Shown: piece after piece, positions 31,768 through 42,875 of the stretch
Layout: the number at the start of each line of letters is the position of its first letter
Numbering within the stretch: position 1 is the first letter of the stretch
Source: Ascoidea asiatica JCM 7603
Taxonomy: Eukaryota; Fungi; Ascomycota
Direction of reading: 5' to 3'
Assembly: GCA_001600695.1 (NCBI GenBank)
Contig: BCKQ01000003.1
Location: 528,003-592,002 of the forward strand
DNA: 64,000 nt
Made by a program: the position numbers and the translations under genes
The notes under the pieces: model-generated
Told to the model about the DNA's origin: nothing
The model's database searches: none
What the model saw: only the letters and a program-made list of their open reading frames with translations

Positions 31768-33280
31768 TTATTCAGGCTTTGAATCGGCAGTTACAATTTC
31801 AATAGGTAATACCAGAGATGAATAAGAGCCTCTTTTACCTGTTTCAAAATCCATTTCCTCATATTTAACATATTTGGTTTTTTTGAAGTACTTAAAACCA
31901 AAAATAAATATTGGAAATAATGGCAATAAAATATACATATCAACAAAATTTCCGGCATCAAAAGGATCAAAACTTGTCCATTCTTGAACAAATACTAAGA
32001 TCACCCCTATTATAAAACCTACAATGGAAGGATATGGAAATATAGATGATTTAAAAGGTAATTCTTCAACGGTATGACCTTGTATTTTCCAACCTTTTCT
32101 AAATCTATAATGAGCAAAAATTATAGCTACCCAAACTATAAAAGCGGCAATTCCTCCAACATTAACAATATACGAATAAGCATTTGCAGCAGTATCGTTA
32201 ATAATTACCAAAGAAATGAATCCAAATAAATGACACGTATGAATAGCAACATATGGAACTCCCTTTTTATCATGTTTTTGAAATATTTTTGGTGCATATC
32301 CTTCATATGATAAATTATATAATGACCTACTTGCAATATAAATTGCCGAATTAATTGATGAAAAGCATGTAATTATAACCATGGTAGTTATAAAATAACC
32401 AGAATTATCCCAACCTGCTGCTGTTAAAGCTATAGTCATTGGTGATCTCATTGTTTTATTTGAAGATGAAAGCATAGGATCATTTCAAGCAATTGTAATA
32501 CCATATGCAATTGCTGAACCGAAATAAATATATATAACTCTAAAAATAGTCAATTTTACCGCAGAAGGTATTGCTTTTGCTGGATTTTTCGATTCTGCTG
32601 CAGTTAAGCTTATACTTTCAATACCTGAATAAAATACTCCTGCATATACAAAACTATTTGCAATTCCTTTGAAACCATGAGCCAAAGGATGATCTTTGAA
32701 TGGATTTCCAGGTGAATGATCTTTTATTCCTCCTGCAGCATATATTATAGCAAATATGAAATAACCTGTATTTTGTCAACTTAAAAATTGTTAAAATAAA
32801 TTCAGCCTCCCCGAAAAAGGAAACTCCAAGTTCTTGGTATATAGTGAAAACTGCCCAAAATATCAAAAACCAGGCATAAATAGGGACTTTATCAGTATAA
32901 AAAGTACTTACAGAACAAACAGAAACATATTCTGCAATTATATTGCAAAGCCATAAAATAACATAATACCATCCAACAGTTGCTCCGAAAGCAGGGTCAA
33001 CCCATTTAGAGGCATGAGTACTAAAATTATAATCATATAAAGTATTGAGTTCTCCAATACTAAGCATTACTGCTATAACTGGAAATGCAACGATGAATAG
33101 TCCAATTACCATACCAACTGGTCCAGATGAATGGAGAAAAGATGCATATCCTACTAATAAGCCTGGGCCAGATACTCCTGAAATTGCAAAAAAATTAACT
33201 TGCCTTGTTTTCAAACCTCTTTTGACACCAGTTACTGGATCAAACTTTTCTCTTTTTTCTTCTTTATAAACTAATCCCAT
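31768..33280 (-). pseudogene. APC/YAT-family amino-acid permease, disrupted by one frameshift (~32770) and one in-frame TGA (32487-32485)
   Basis: KRGLKTRQVNFFAISG..GPGLLVG, then GEAEF, then a frameshift into TGYFIFAIIYAAGG...YSGIESISLTAAESKNP, then IA*NDPML, then SSINSAIYIASRSL, AHYRFRKG and LPFKS. The three ORF pieces are colinear parts of one transporter. Confidence 0.85.
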
Positions 33281-33492
33281 TTAATATTGTTGTTATAAAC
33301 TATCATAAATTATTAAAAGCCAAAAGTCTCTATGTAATGTTTTAAAAATGTATTTAAAAAATGCACTTTTATTCTATTAATTTCTTTTTTCAGATTTATG
33401 TCTCTTTTTGCTCTTTATATTCATGGAGATTTCAGTAATTTTATAGCAAAAAATAATTTAAGCAGTCCTAGTTTGTTACTAATTTTCTTTTT

Positions 33493-34661
33493 CTTATCTA
33501 TTTAAAATTTTCTTTAGAACTATAAACTATCACCAATATTAATTGACAGAAAAATGTATCAACAAAAAATATTGAATTTTATATTTAACTTATCTACTCT
33601 TTAAACAGTACAAACTAAATGCGTTTTATGCCTGAAACTAAAATTAGTGCTATACTTCTTTTAAATTAGGTTTGGAATTAAGATTATTTTGGGTCAGTAT
33701 GGCTATCAAACCGTCCTAGTTTATCTTTAATATCTCTTGTTAAGTGAAAATATTCACCAGTTCTCCAGTTATTCTCAAAGATAAGAGCTTGAACATCTAA
33801 AACTTTGTTGAAATTAATTTTCTCCTATAATTTTCATTTATTATTTGATTTTTGATAAATTTCTTCATAATTTTTTGATAGGCTTCAATATTCAGTAATT
33901 TTATTAGCGTATGAATTCTTGAGAACTTTCACAGATGTCGCTTAAACACATGCCCGTTTAGTAATATGAAATCTATTTTGTGACCACTCAAGTTTTGTCA
34001 ATAAATAAAATATGTTTTGATTCATTCATTTTTCAAGATGTTGATCTCAAAGTCAAAAAAAAATATAACGATCTTTGAAAATATTATTGTGTTTTTTGAA
34101 TCCAAGATAAGCACCAGAAAGACTGAACTCTTTATCTAAAGAAACCATTTATGAAATTTCAAGCTTTGAAAGATATCGATGGAATCACAATCTGAGATCC
34201 AATTCATTATAAACGATGTCTTGAGAGTAAAAAATTCCCAGATCTTTTTTTTTTCTCATCTAAAATGGAGATAAATAGTTTTCATTTATAAAAACAAAAT
34301 AAAATAAAATATTAATAAAGAAATCCAGTAAAAAATTTATATTCAAAAACATAATGAGATCTATTTCCGAAAAGAGGTGTCGCTTAAATTTGTTAGCAAT
34401 AGTTACCCGTTATGGATTTTTAGATTATGGTTTTATATATTCTGCGGGAAGCAGATTAAAATCTATTTGAAGATTCTTATCTGAAAATTTTGCTTTTGAA
34501 ATTGAATTTAGTTTTAATTCAATTTTATGTTATAACGGATAAAGAAGTGACTAATCGTAAAGTTTTGATAGATTATTGCAATGTTACTGGAGGAGAATCT
34601 GTATTAGATACTATTTCTAGTGATTATAGCTAAAACAATTAAGAGAATGAACAAAGATAAG
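33493..34661. promoter_or_regulatory. Divergent permease/dipeptidase promoter with five GATAAG sites
   Basis: GATAAG at 33780, 34106 and 34656; CTTATC at 33493 and 34476. Confidence 0.5.
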
Positions 34662-34783
34662 AAAACAATAGTAAATGAAGCATTCTAGCTATATAAATAT
34701 ATTGATAAAGTACTTATTTCCACTATGACCATTCATATTATTTGGAAGGGAAAACCCGGTAGTAAAAACCAATTAAACAAATA

Positions 34784-36019
34784 ATGGAAAAAGAACTTAA
34801 AAGAATTGAAAAGATAGCTGAGACTACACCCATCATTGACACTCACAATGATTTCCCTTATCTTATAAGATCTCAGTTAAGATATGAAATCTCAAGTGAT
34901 TCTTCATTTGAATTTGATGGTAAACTTACATGTAATACTGATTTAACAAAATTGAAGAAAGGTAAGATCGGTGTCCAATTTTTCAGTTGTTTTATAGAGT
35001 GTAAGGATGATGATTATTTATATCAAGACTTTAATAAGCCAAATTCTGCTGTTAGGGATACAATGGAACAAATTGATGTTATTAAAAGATTGGTTAAAAT
35101 GTACCCAAATGATTTAAATTTTGTTTATAATTCTAATGAAGCGTTACTGAAATTTCAGGAAACTGGAAAAATTTCAATAACCATGGGAATCGAAGGTTTG
35201 CATCAAGTTGATTTATCATTAGGAGTATTAAGAAGATATTTTGAATTAGGCGTTAGATATATCACCTTAACACATAACTGTGATAATCCATTTGCAACAG
35301 CAGCAAGTTCAGTCACAGCAGGGTTGCATGATAAAGGGTTAAGTGAATATGGTATAAAATGTGTGAAAGAAATGAATAGAATTGGAATGATGGTTGATTT
35401 ATCTCATGTTAGTTACAAAACAATGATAGATGTATTGAAAATAACTCAATCTCCTGTAATTTTCAGTCATTCTTCAGTATATAAATTGACACAAAATGAA
35501 AGAAATGTTAGGGATGATGTATTGATAAAATTAAAGAAAAATAACGGAGTTTGTTGTGTCAATTTTTTTCCTTTATTCTTAACTAGAAATGAAGAAAGAA
35601 CTGCAACAATTGATGATGCTGTTGATCATATAATATATATAATTCAACTAATTTGGTGGGATCATGTTGGATTTGGATCAGATTTCGATGGTATCCCAGA
35701 AGGTCCAAAAGGTTTAGAAGATGTGTCAAAGTATCCAGAAGTAATTGCCAGAATTATTAAAAAGCTAAAACCAACCGATGATGAAATTAGAAAATTGATG
35801 GGTTTAAACGTTTTAAGAGTTTGGAAAAGTAATGAAGATGTTGCAAAGAAAATGCAATCTAATGGAGAAGAAATTATAGATGATAATTGGGAAAAACGAA
35901 TTTGGAAATTTTTTGGGTATACAAAAGAATTTCCAGAGATATATCCAGGTTCATATGATAAATTTGATAATATTTATGATGATTCCCAAACGTTGGATTT
36001 AACCAAAACATCTAAATGA
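34784..36019 (+). CDS. Peptidase M19 (renal/membrane dipeptidase family), cytosolic type
   Basis: IDTHND, MGIEG, YITLTHNCDN, VDLSHVS, IFSHSS, RNVRD and GSDFDG metal/active-site motifs; no signal peptide. Confidence 0.93.
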   Translation: MEKELKRIEKIAETTPIIDTHNDFPYLIRSQLRYEISSDSSFEFDGKLTCNTDLTKLKKGKIGVQFFSCFIECKDDDYLYQDFNKPNSAVRDTMEQIDVIKRLVKMYPNDLNFVYNSNEALLKFQETGKISITMGIEGLHQVDLSLGVLRRYFELGVRYITLTHNCDNPFATAASSVTAGLHDKGLSEYGIKCVKEMNRIGMMVDLSHVSYKTMIDVLKITQSPVIFSHSSVYKLTQNERNVRDDVLIKLKKNNGVCCVNFFPLFLTRNEERTATIDDAVDHIIYIIQLIWWDHVGFGSDFDGIPEGPKGLEDVSKYPEVIARIIKKLKPTDDEIRKLMGLNVLRVWKSNEDVAKKMQSNGEEIIDDNWEKRIWKFFGYTKEFPEIYPGSYDKFDNIYDDSQTLDLTKTSK

Positions 36020-37265
36020 TTTAAATTCAAAAATATTGTTTTATAGAAAAAAATGAATAGCTTATATTTTTCAATCAAAGATCGTTTATTCATGAATATT
36101 TTCATACTATGATATAAAGTTGATTTAATTTGATTTGATTTGAATTGAATTTATGCGTTATTCAAACACTTCTTATCCCAAAAACTGTAAACAAATATGA
36201 AAAAATCAGTTAATATAGTCTGTGTTCTTACTAAACCAATAAGTTTGAATTTTAAATATTAATAAATAGGTAATAATATGTTTATTTTCATTATGAAGAC
36301 AATAAGAAATAAAAATATCACACTACACACTATCTAAATAGTTCATATTTTTTGGATAAAAAGAGAGGTCTTTTCAAATACTCAATTGGAGCGTGCGCTT
36401 TTTGAGTCTAAGAGTAAAATAATATTCTATCATATATGCTTTTGCTCTTCTTATTATTTCCTTAATTTTCTTTTCAATTCTTCAATTGTTTTTGAGAAAG
36501 TTGAGATTGGGGCTTTTTTTGGATTTATTTCAATAAATGATTCGCAATGCTTTTAAAAAGTTTCTAATTCTAAGGGTCTTACGTAAAAATCAGCGTCATT
36601 GGAGATTGGCGGTGTTTACAGTGTGTTTACGTTTTTCCTTTTTGGGAGTGCTGGACGTCGTCTGAAATATTTAGACCATCAGAAAAAGTCAAATGGCAAA
36701 AGAAAAAGAATCAGGCAGAGGAATTGGTGTATTTGATTGTTTATTCAAAAATTAACTCTCTTTTTAGAATATCAGAGAGTGTTTTTATCTCAATTCTTTT
36801 GTTTATTTTTTAAAATTTTTAAATAATCTTCTTTTGTTTATTTACACTGCCTGAATATTTAAAAATTAATCTTTTTTTTTGTGATAAGTCACACCAAGCA
36901 GATCAGCTTTTATTCAAATTAATCATATGAACATCTCGACTATATATTTTAGAAATAGATTTAATATTGAACATTTCCTGTTTTTTTTGGAATTTCTTTT
37001 TTTTATTAACTTCCAGCCTTTTCTCAATTTTTTTTATTTACCATACTAAATAACACAAGGATAAGAATTACATTTAATTCAATACAGCAATTCTCATAAC
37101 TAATAAGACTTAATACTCTTTCAGAAAAATAGATCAAGAACTTTTAACTTCTAAATCAATTTACAAAGTATTTTCAATTTATCAAAATAAATCATCAGGT
37201 TATAATATATTTCATCTATATTCAAATCAAAAGTTACTACATAATATCAATTCAATTTATAACAA

Positions 37266-39176
37266 ATGTCATTATGTCCAAGAGCAAATGGCACACTAAT
37301 AATTATTGTTTCTCGTGCCAGAAATTTACCAAATAGAAGAAAATTGGATAAGCAAAATCCTTATTGCATAGTTAGAATAGCAAATTTAGTTGATAAAACC
37401 CCTTCAATTTTAAGAGGAGGTCAAACTCCAGATTGGAATCATGAATCAAGATTTCAATTAACTACTGATATTAATCCTATTCTAAAATTATCAATTTTAG
37501 ATGAAACCAAGAAATCTCCTGAATTAATATGTGATGCAGAAATTGACTGTACTCCTGTATTTGAAACCCATGTAGATGAGGGTTATGATAAATGGCATTC
37601 ATTACAATATTGTGGAAGAAGTGCCGGTGAAGTCTACATTGAAATGACATTTTATCCATCAACTCCATTGATGGTTCCAAAACCTAAAAAAGTTACTTTG
37701 AAAAGAGGTGCATCTTCTGTTAGACCATTACCTTCTAGACCAGGAGAAGATGTCTCTGATATAATAGATGATCAATCCACAATTGGGGATGAATCTTTTA
37801 GATCAACTTATGATTCTGAAGTCTCAAGATCAATTGCTCTATCTCACACTCCATCAATAGATTTTTCGATGATCTCACAGTCGCAGCAAACCCCTATGAA
37901 TCTAAATATGATGTCTGCCTTGCAAATGCAAAATCAACAGCAGTACTTACTAAACCCTAATTTGAATCCCAATTTAAATCCTTCTATGAATCCAAATTAT
38001 AACTCAAATTTCAATCTAAATTTTAATCCAAACATTAATCCAAATATGAACGCAAATATGAATTCAAACTTTGTGAACTCTGATGGAATAAACTATCTAG
38101 CAGCTCAAAATCCCGGCTTCTATGCTCAACCTTCAATACATGATCAATTTACTGCTTCATATTTACTTCCAAAACTTCCTTCTTCAAAATCATTAACTGA
38201 ATCATATTTGGACAATAGTTCTTTATTGAGTAGTTCAAGCGATTTGGCAGAAAAGCGTGGAAGAAAACATCAGTCAAGATTAAATGATTCAGATTATTCT
38301 GGACATTCTTCTATTTCAACATCATCAACAAACTCAAGTAATCAGTATTCAATTAATAGTCGTTCAATGGACTTTGAAAAAAGTTATGCAACTTCAAAAC
38401 CTTCATCATCAATATATTCCGATTATAACAGTGCAAAATTTTCCAAATCTAGAGATAATCTTGATGATTTAGAAAGAGAAGTTCAATCAAGTTGGAATAG
38501 AAATCATTCCAGAACAACAAGATCACAATCACCAGCTAAATCTCGTTTAAGACCAGAAGCAAAAAAAACAAGCAATCGTTCAAAATCTCCTAGATCTTCA
38601 TATGACTTTGATCCTCTAAGAATATCATCAGTTTTACCCAAGTTAGAAGATTTTGATGAAAATGAATCTCTCTATAAATCATCATTCAAACCATTTCCCA
38701 AAAGTGTCAATAAACTTCCAGGAGCATTTGAATCATTTTCTTCAATTACAAATTCCAACAGATCCACATCTCCTTCCAAAAGAGCAACAAGAAAACCTCC
38801 TCCAATAGATAAAAATTTCAATGATTCAATGCTTTCAAGTAAATTAAATGATCTTGATCTATCTTCAATTCCATATTCAGCCGATGATCTCGATAAAACT
38901 TCTAGAGACAATGATATATTTATATCAGACCAAAAAATTGATAACTTGGATATTTTACGTGAAAAATTAATGAAAAGAAAGGGAAATGATGAAATTAAAT
39001 CAAATTATTTTGCTCCTACACCAAAAGATCTTCTGTATGGTAATAAGTCTGGCAGATTTGGTGGTTGGAATACCCATGATGAAGATGAATTTGGAGCTTC
39101 AATTATGACTACTACTACAATATCAACATTATCTCCAGATCGTTCTGAGTTTGGACATCAAACTTATAGATCTTAA
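37266..39176 (+). CDS. INN1: Cytokinetic ingression protein Inn1/Fic1 (N-terminal C2 domain)
   Basis: GTLIIIVSRARNLPNRRKLDKQNPYC...RGGQTPDW...AGEVYIEMTFY C2 domain, followed by a low-complexity tail with PxxP/RKPPP motifs. Confidence 0.85.
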   Translation: MSLCPRANGTLIIIVSRARNLPNRRKLDKQNPYCIVRIANLVDKTPSILRGGQTPDWNHESRFQLTTDINPILKLSILDETKKSPELICDAEIDCTPVFETHVDEGYDKWHSLQYCGRSAGEVYIEMTFYPSTPLMVPKPKKVTLKRGASSVRPLPSRPGEDVSDIIDDQSTIGDESFRSTYDSEVSRSIALSHTPSIDFSMISQSQQTPMNLNMMSALQMQNQQQYLLNPNLNPNLNPSMNPNYNSNFNLNFNPNINPNMNANMNSNFVNSDGINYLAAQNPGFYAQPSIHDQFTASYLLPKLPSSKSLTESYLDNSSLLSSSSDLAEKRGRKHQSRLNDSDYSGHSSISTSSTNSSNQYSINSRSMDFEKSYATSKPSSSIYSDYNSAKFSKSRDNLDDLEREVQSSWNRNHSRTTRSQSPAKSRLRPEAKKTSNRSKSPRSSYDFDPLRISSVLPKLEDFDENESLYKSSFKPFPKSVNKLPGAFESFSSITNSNRSTSPSKRATRKPPPIDKNFNDSMLSSKLNDLDLSSIPYSADDLDKTSRDNDIFISDQKIDNLDILREKLMKRKGNDEIKSNYFAPTPKDLLYGNKSGRFGGWNTHDEDEFGASIMTTTTISTLSPDRSEFGHQTYRS

Positions 39177-39561
39177 CTCTAGTGACACTTTAATTTTTTT
39201 TTTTTTGATTTGCTTTATTTTTTCTATGGGTTTCTTTAATTGGATTTATCAATAACTTATGTATCTACTAATATTTTTTTTCTCTTCTTTCTATTCATTT
39301 ATCTTGCATTTTTATTTATACATTACTTAATTGCTTAATCAAAAAGAGTTTCTTTCCTGTGATATCACAGTACATTACATAAAAAAAACTAATATAGGTC
39401 TATAATATAATTAAATAAATAATTTTTTGTCTATTTTTTTTATTTTTTTACCATTGTTTCATAAAAATGTAAAAAACTTTTGTAAATGTTTCATTAATTA
39501 TAAAGTCGAGCAAAAGCATATAAAAGCTATGCAAAAACACGCTGTTATAAAGAGGAAGTGA

Positions 39562-40647
39562 TTAGTTTACTACTAATGATTTCTTATAATTCCAATAATT
39601 GAATCTTATTGGATCATACTTATTGGCCAACAATTGGTAAGCCTTTATTGCTTTATTATTCTCTTTTTGTTCTTTAGATTGAGCATAGATTTTAGCTACT
39701 AACTCCAAAGCAAATATTGAAGATATTGTAGGTTGAATTTCTGATTCTATTTCTTTTGCTTCATTAGTCTCTTCATTTTCTTCTTGAACTTCAATTGATT
39801 CAATATGATCATTTTCAAAGTTTGCATACTGTAAACAAAATTCTTCAAGTTCATTTATGTCTAAATTGAAATTCAAAGATTCATATAAACCAATTAAATA
39901 ATTCCAAGAACTTTCATTTTGAGGAGCAGAATCAATAGCCTTCTTAGTAAATTCAATCTCATTATCTAATAAAATTTTTTTCTCATCAATTGATTCATTT
40001 ATATTAAATATATTTTTGAATATAAAAAATCTAAAATTCCAAGCAGAATTATTTCTAATATCATTTTTTAGTAAATTATTGATAATTTTTAAAATTTTAG
40101 CATCATTAAATAAATTAAAAAATTTGGTTAACCAAGTTAAGTAGGTCCACACATGATAATTTTTAGCGTCATCATAAAATGCAACATCAATTAAAGGAAG
40201 CTCATTTTGAACCTCATAAGATTCATTTTTATGTGATTTCAATAGATCATTTAAGAATGTAATTAATAATTGTCTATAATGCCAAATTTGATAATTTTTT
40301 GCATTTTCTAAAGCCACTTCTTGTAGATTAACTAACTCATTTTCAATTCTTTTCATTCTTAGTTCTTCTTCATCTTCTTTCTTTTCACCTTCTTTATCAT
40401 TGAAATGTAAACTAGTTATAATATTATACTTATATTGCCAAAGAGTATAATGAGCAGGACATAATGCTACACCTTTTTCAATCAACGCTAGTGCTCTTTT
40501 TGAAATTTCGTTTACAGACATTAAAGCTCTTAAATGACCCATTATTTTTTTGTAATCATTAGAATATAAAATCCTGCACAATTGAATCTCATCTTCATCT
40601 AATGGTAATGGAGTTAAATCAGTATAATCAAATTTTAGATCATCCAT
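39562..40647 (-). CDS. RAM2: Protein farnesyltransferase/GGTase-I alpha subunit
   Basis: PPTA repeats PAHYTLWQYK, KNYQIWHYR, KNYHVWTY, RNNSAWNFR and PQNESSWNYL; C-terminal YDPIRFNYW. Confidence 0.95.
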   Translation of the reverse strand: MDDLKFDYTDLTPLPLDEDEIQLCRILYSNDYKKIMGHLRALMSVNEISKRALALIEKGVALCPAHYTLWQYKYNIITSLHFNDKEGEKKEDEEELRMKRIENELVNLQEVALENAKNYQIWHYRQLLITFLNDLLKSHKNESYEVQNELPLIDVAFYDDAKNYHVWTYLTWLTKFFNLFNDAKILKIINNLLKNDIRNNSAWNFRFFIFKNIFNINESIDEKKILLDNEIEFTKKAIDSAPQNESSWNYLIGLYESLNFNLDINELEEFCLQYANFENDHIESIEVQEENEETNEAKEIESEIQPTISSIFALELVAKIYAQSKEQKENNKAIKAYQLLANKYDPIRFNYWNYKKSLVVN

Positions 40648-41299
40648 TTTATATGATTTTATTAGTAGTGTAGTCTACTGAGATAGTAACTTTTTTTTTA
40701 TTTTTTGGAAAATGCAGAGATTTTTTAGTTCATTTAAATACAATTGAAGAAAATGAAATGTGGAGAGTATTTATCAATTGAGGCTCTTTTTATTAAATCT
40801 TTAATAATAACAAAATCAGCTTTTTGATTAATATTTATATAAATTTGTTTTATTATCAACAGCAAATCTGAAATATTCCCCAAAAGATTCAAGAATTTGA
40901 ATAATTTCCCAAAAGACCGAAGAGAATGAACTTCACCAAACCAAAATCCTGGGTCTAATGCAGTAGTGCCTTTAATCACATAAAACCAAGAACATGGATT
41001 CAATGCACTTAAACACTATCTCGCATTTATGTACGTTGAGACCATTAAAATGGGTCTACTGGTTTTGATTACTTCGATTTTGCATTAATTTGAGCCATCT
41101 GAATTGATAAGTTAGCTGATAACTTTATCACGAAAGGTTTAAATGTTCAATCAAATTTTGTTTTCAATAAATAAAAATCCTATAATTTTTATAATTAAAT
41201 TCGATTATTCTACTTCTAGAAATATTGGTGTTAATTTCTTCGATTGTATCACTTCTGTTAACAACTATAAAAGAGCACTATCTTTCATCAGTTAATAAA

Positions 41300-42283
41300 A
41301 TGTCTTCAGATTTAGCAAAGCCATCAGTTTCAAAAATTACAAAAGGATTACCATCTTTTAACTCTATTTCAAAATCATCTGTTAATGAACTATCTAAAAT
41401 TCCAGATTATATATTAGATTATAATATCTTTTTTTTCAAGAATGTTGCAAATTACAGAAATAAAACTTCAACTTTAAAGGAATTTAATGAATTGATATTA
41501 AAGTTTAATCTAAATGAATCTAATAAAATTAATTACAATTCAAATAATTTAACAAAGACACAAATAATGCATGATAGATTATTACATTATTTACTTTTAG
41601 AGAGAAAAAGAAGAGATAAATTTTTTTTGAAGAATTATTTGAATAAGATTATAATTGAAAGAAAAAAGAAAATTGAAGAGGATGCAAATAAAACTGAAAA
41701 AAATCAAGAAGAAGTAGATAATAAAAGTGAAGAAAAAAAATCAATTTCAAAAGATGTTAATGAAAATGAAAATGAAAATGAATTAGAAGATTTTGATACA
41801 ATTAGGTTAACTGAAGAAGAAAGTAAAAACATTGATGATTATAAAATAAAATCTCCTATTTTCAGTTATTTAATTCAAAATGAACTAAAATTATTCTCCA
41901 AGGAAAAAGTTGCATTCAAAAAATTTGCATTATTACAAAAAATTGAATATAATTTTGAAGAAGAATTAAAAGATGATGAATTAATTGAGATTTTCATAGA
42001 TTGTGAAGATTTTGAATTTTTTAAAAAATTTAATTTAAATTATACAAATGAAAATAAAGATAAATTAGAATTCAATGAAGCTAATTATGATGAAATTATT
42101 TCAAGTATGATGGATAAAGATATTATAAGAATTATGATTCCATTAGCTGCTCAAGTTATATTATCCGATATTGATATTGGTAAAGTGAAATCTAGAATTG
42201 AAGCTGAATCATTAAATAAGCCTATTCAAGACTTAAATTTATCAACGGTTAAAGAAGATCCAATTTCCGTTAAGGATAATTGA
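41300..42283 (+). CDS. Hypothetical protein, orphan family copy B (paralog of 17211-18359)
   Basis: The first ATG is at 41300 (the ORF track start 41225 is TTG). Shares blocks IPDYILDYNIFFF, LTKTQIMHDRLLHYLLLERKRRD, YKIKSPIF, KKFALLQKIEYNFEEELKDDELI and IPLAAQVILSDID with copy A. Confidence 0.85.
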   Translation: MSSDLAKPSVSKITKGLPSFNSISKSSVNELSKIPDYILDYNIFFFKNVANYRNKTSTLKEFNELILKFNLNESNKINYNSNNLTKTQIMHDRLLHYLLLERKRRDKFFLKNYLNKIIIERKKKIEEDANKTEKNQEEVDNKSEEKKSISKDVNENENENELEDFDTIRLTEEESKNIDDYKIKSPIFSYLIQNELKLFSKEKVAFKKFALLQKIEYNFEEELKDDELIEIFIDCEDFEFFKKFNLNYTNENKDKLEFNEANYDEIISSMMDKDIIRIMIPLAAQVILSDIDIGKVKSRIEAESLNKPIQDLNLSTVKEDPISVKDN

Positions 42284-42875
42284 ATCAAATAAGTTTATAC
42301 CTTGCTTTTAATGAATCCCTTTTCATCATCATTATTATTCACATTAATCTATATTGATATATAAAATATTAATCTAAATAATTTTAATTCTTTAATAATC
42401 TGTTTTGTAAATTCACAACTCTGAAAATATGTCAAGAACCCGTAAATTTTTCTTCGGGTTCGGTCCTCGTTTCCCGTCAAGCATTTAACCCATTTTTCAT
42501 CCCGCTGATTATGACTGAATTGGCCCGAGAATTTGGAATTATGAAATTTGAAAAGTTTCCAGTAAAAAAATAAATCTGAACAACCAAAAACTGGCACAAA
42601 AATCTTGAGAATGAGTCAAAACTGATAAGATGTTTTTAATAAAATTTCAGATCTCGAGAAATGTATGCTTTATTTTTTCTATCTTAAATTTTCATTATCT
42701 AAAATTTGTATTTATATAAATAAACAATTTTCTTTCTAAATTAGATTTAATCTGGATTTTCTTTTTTCTTTCTTTCTTTCTTTTAATTATTGTATCAAAT
42801 ATCTTAATCCTAATTTTTCAGATATATAAGTTTGTAAAGTATTATATAATTAAAAAAATAAAAAGAGTGGAGAAT

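Noticed and set aside
32485-32487. In-frame TGA as programmed readthrough, selenocysteine or a code change
   Set aside because: The same gene also has a frameshift, and TGA terminates other genes here (e.g. dipeptidase, CHO2). A nonsense mutation is the simpler explanation.
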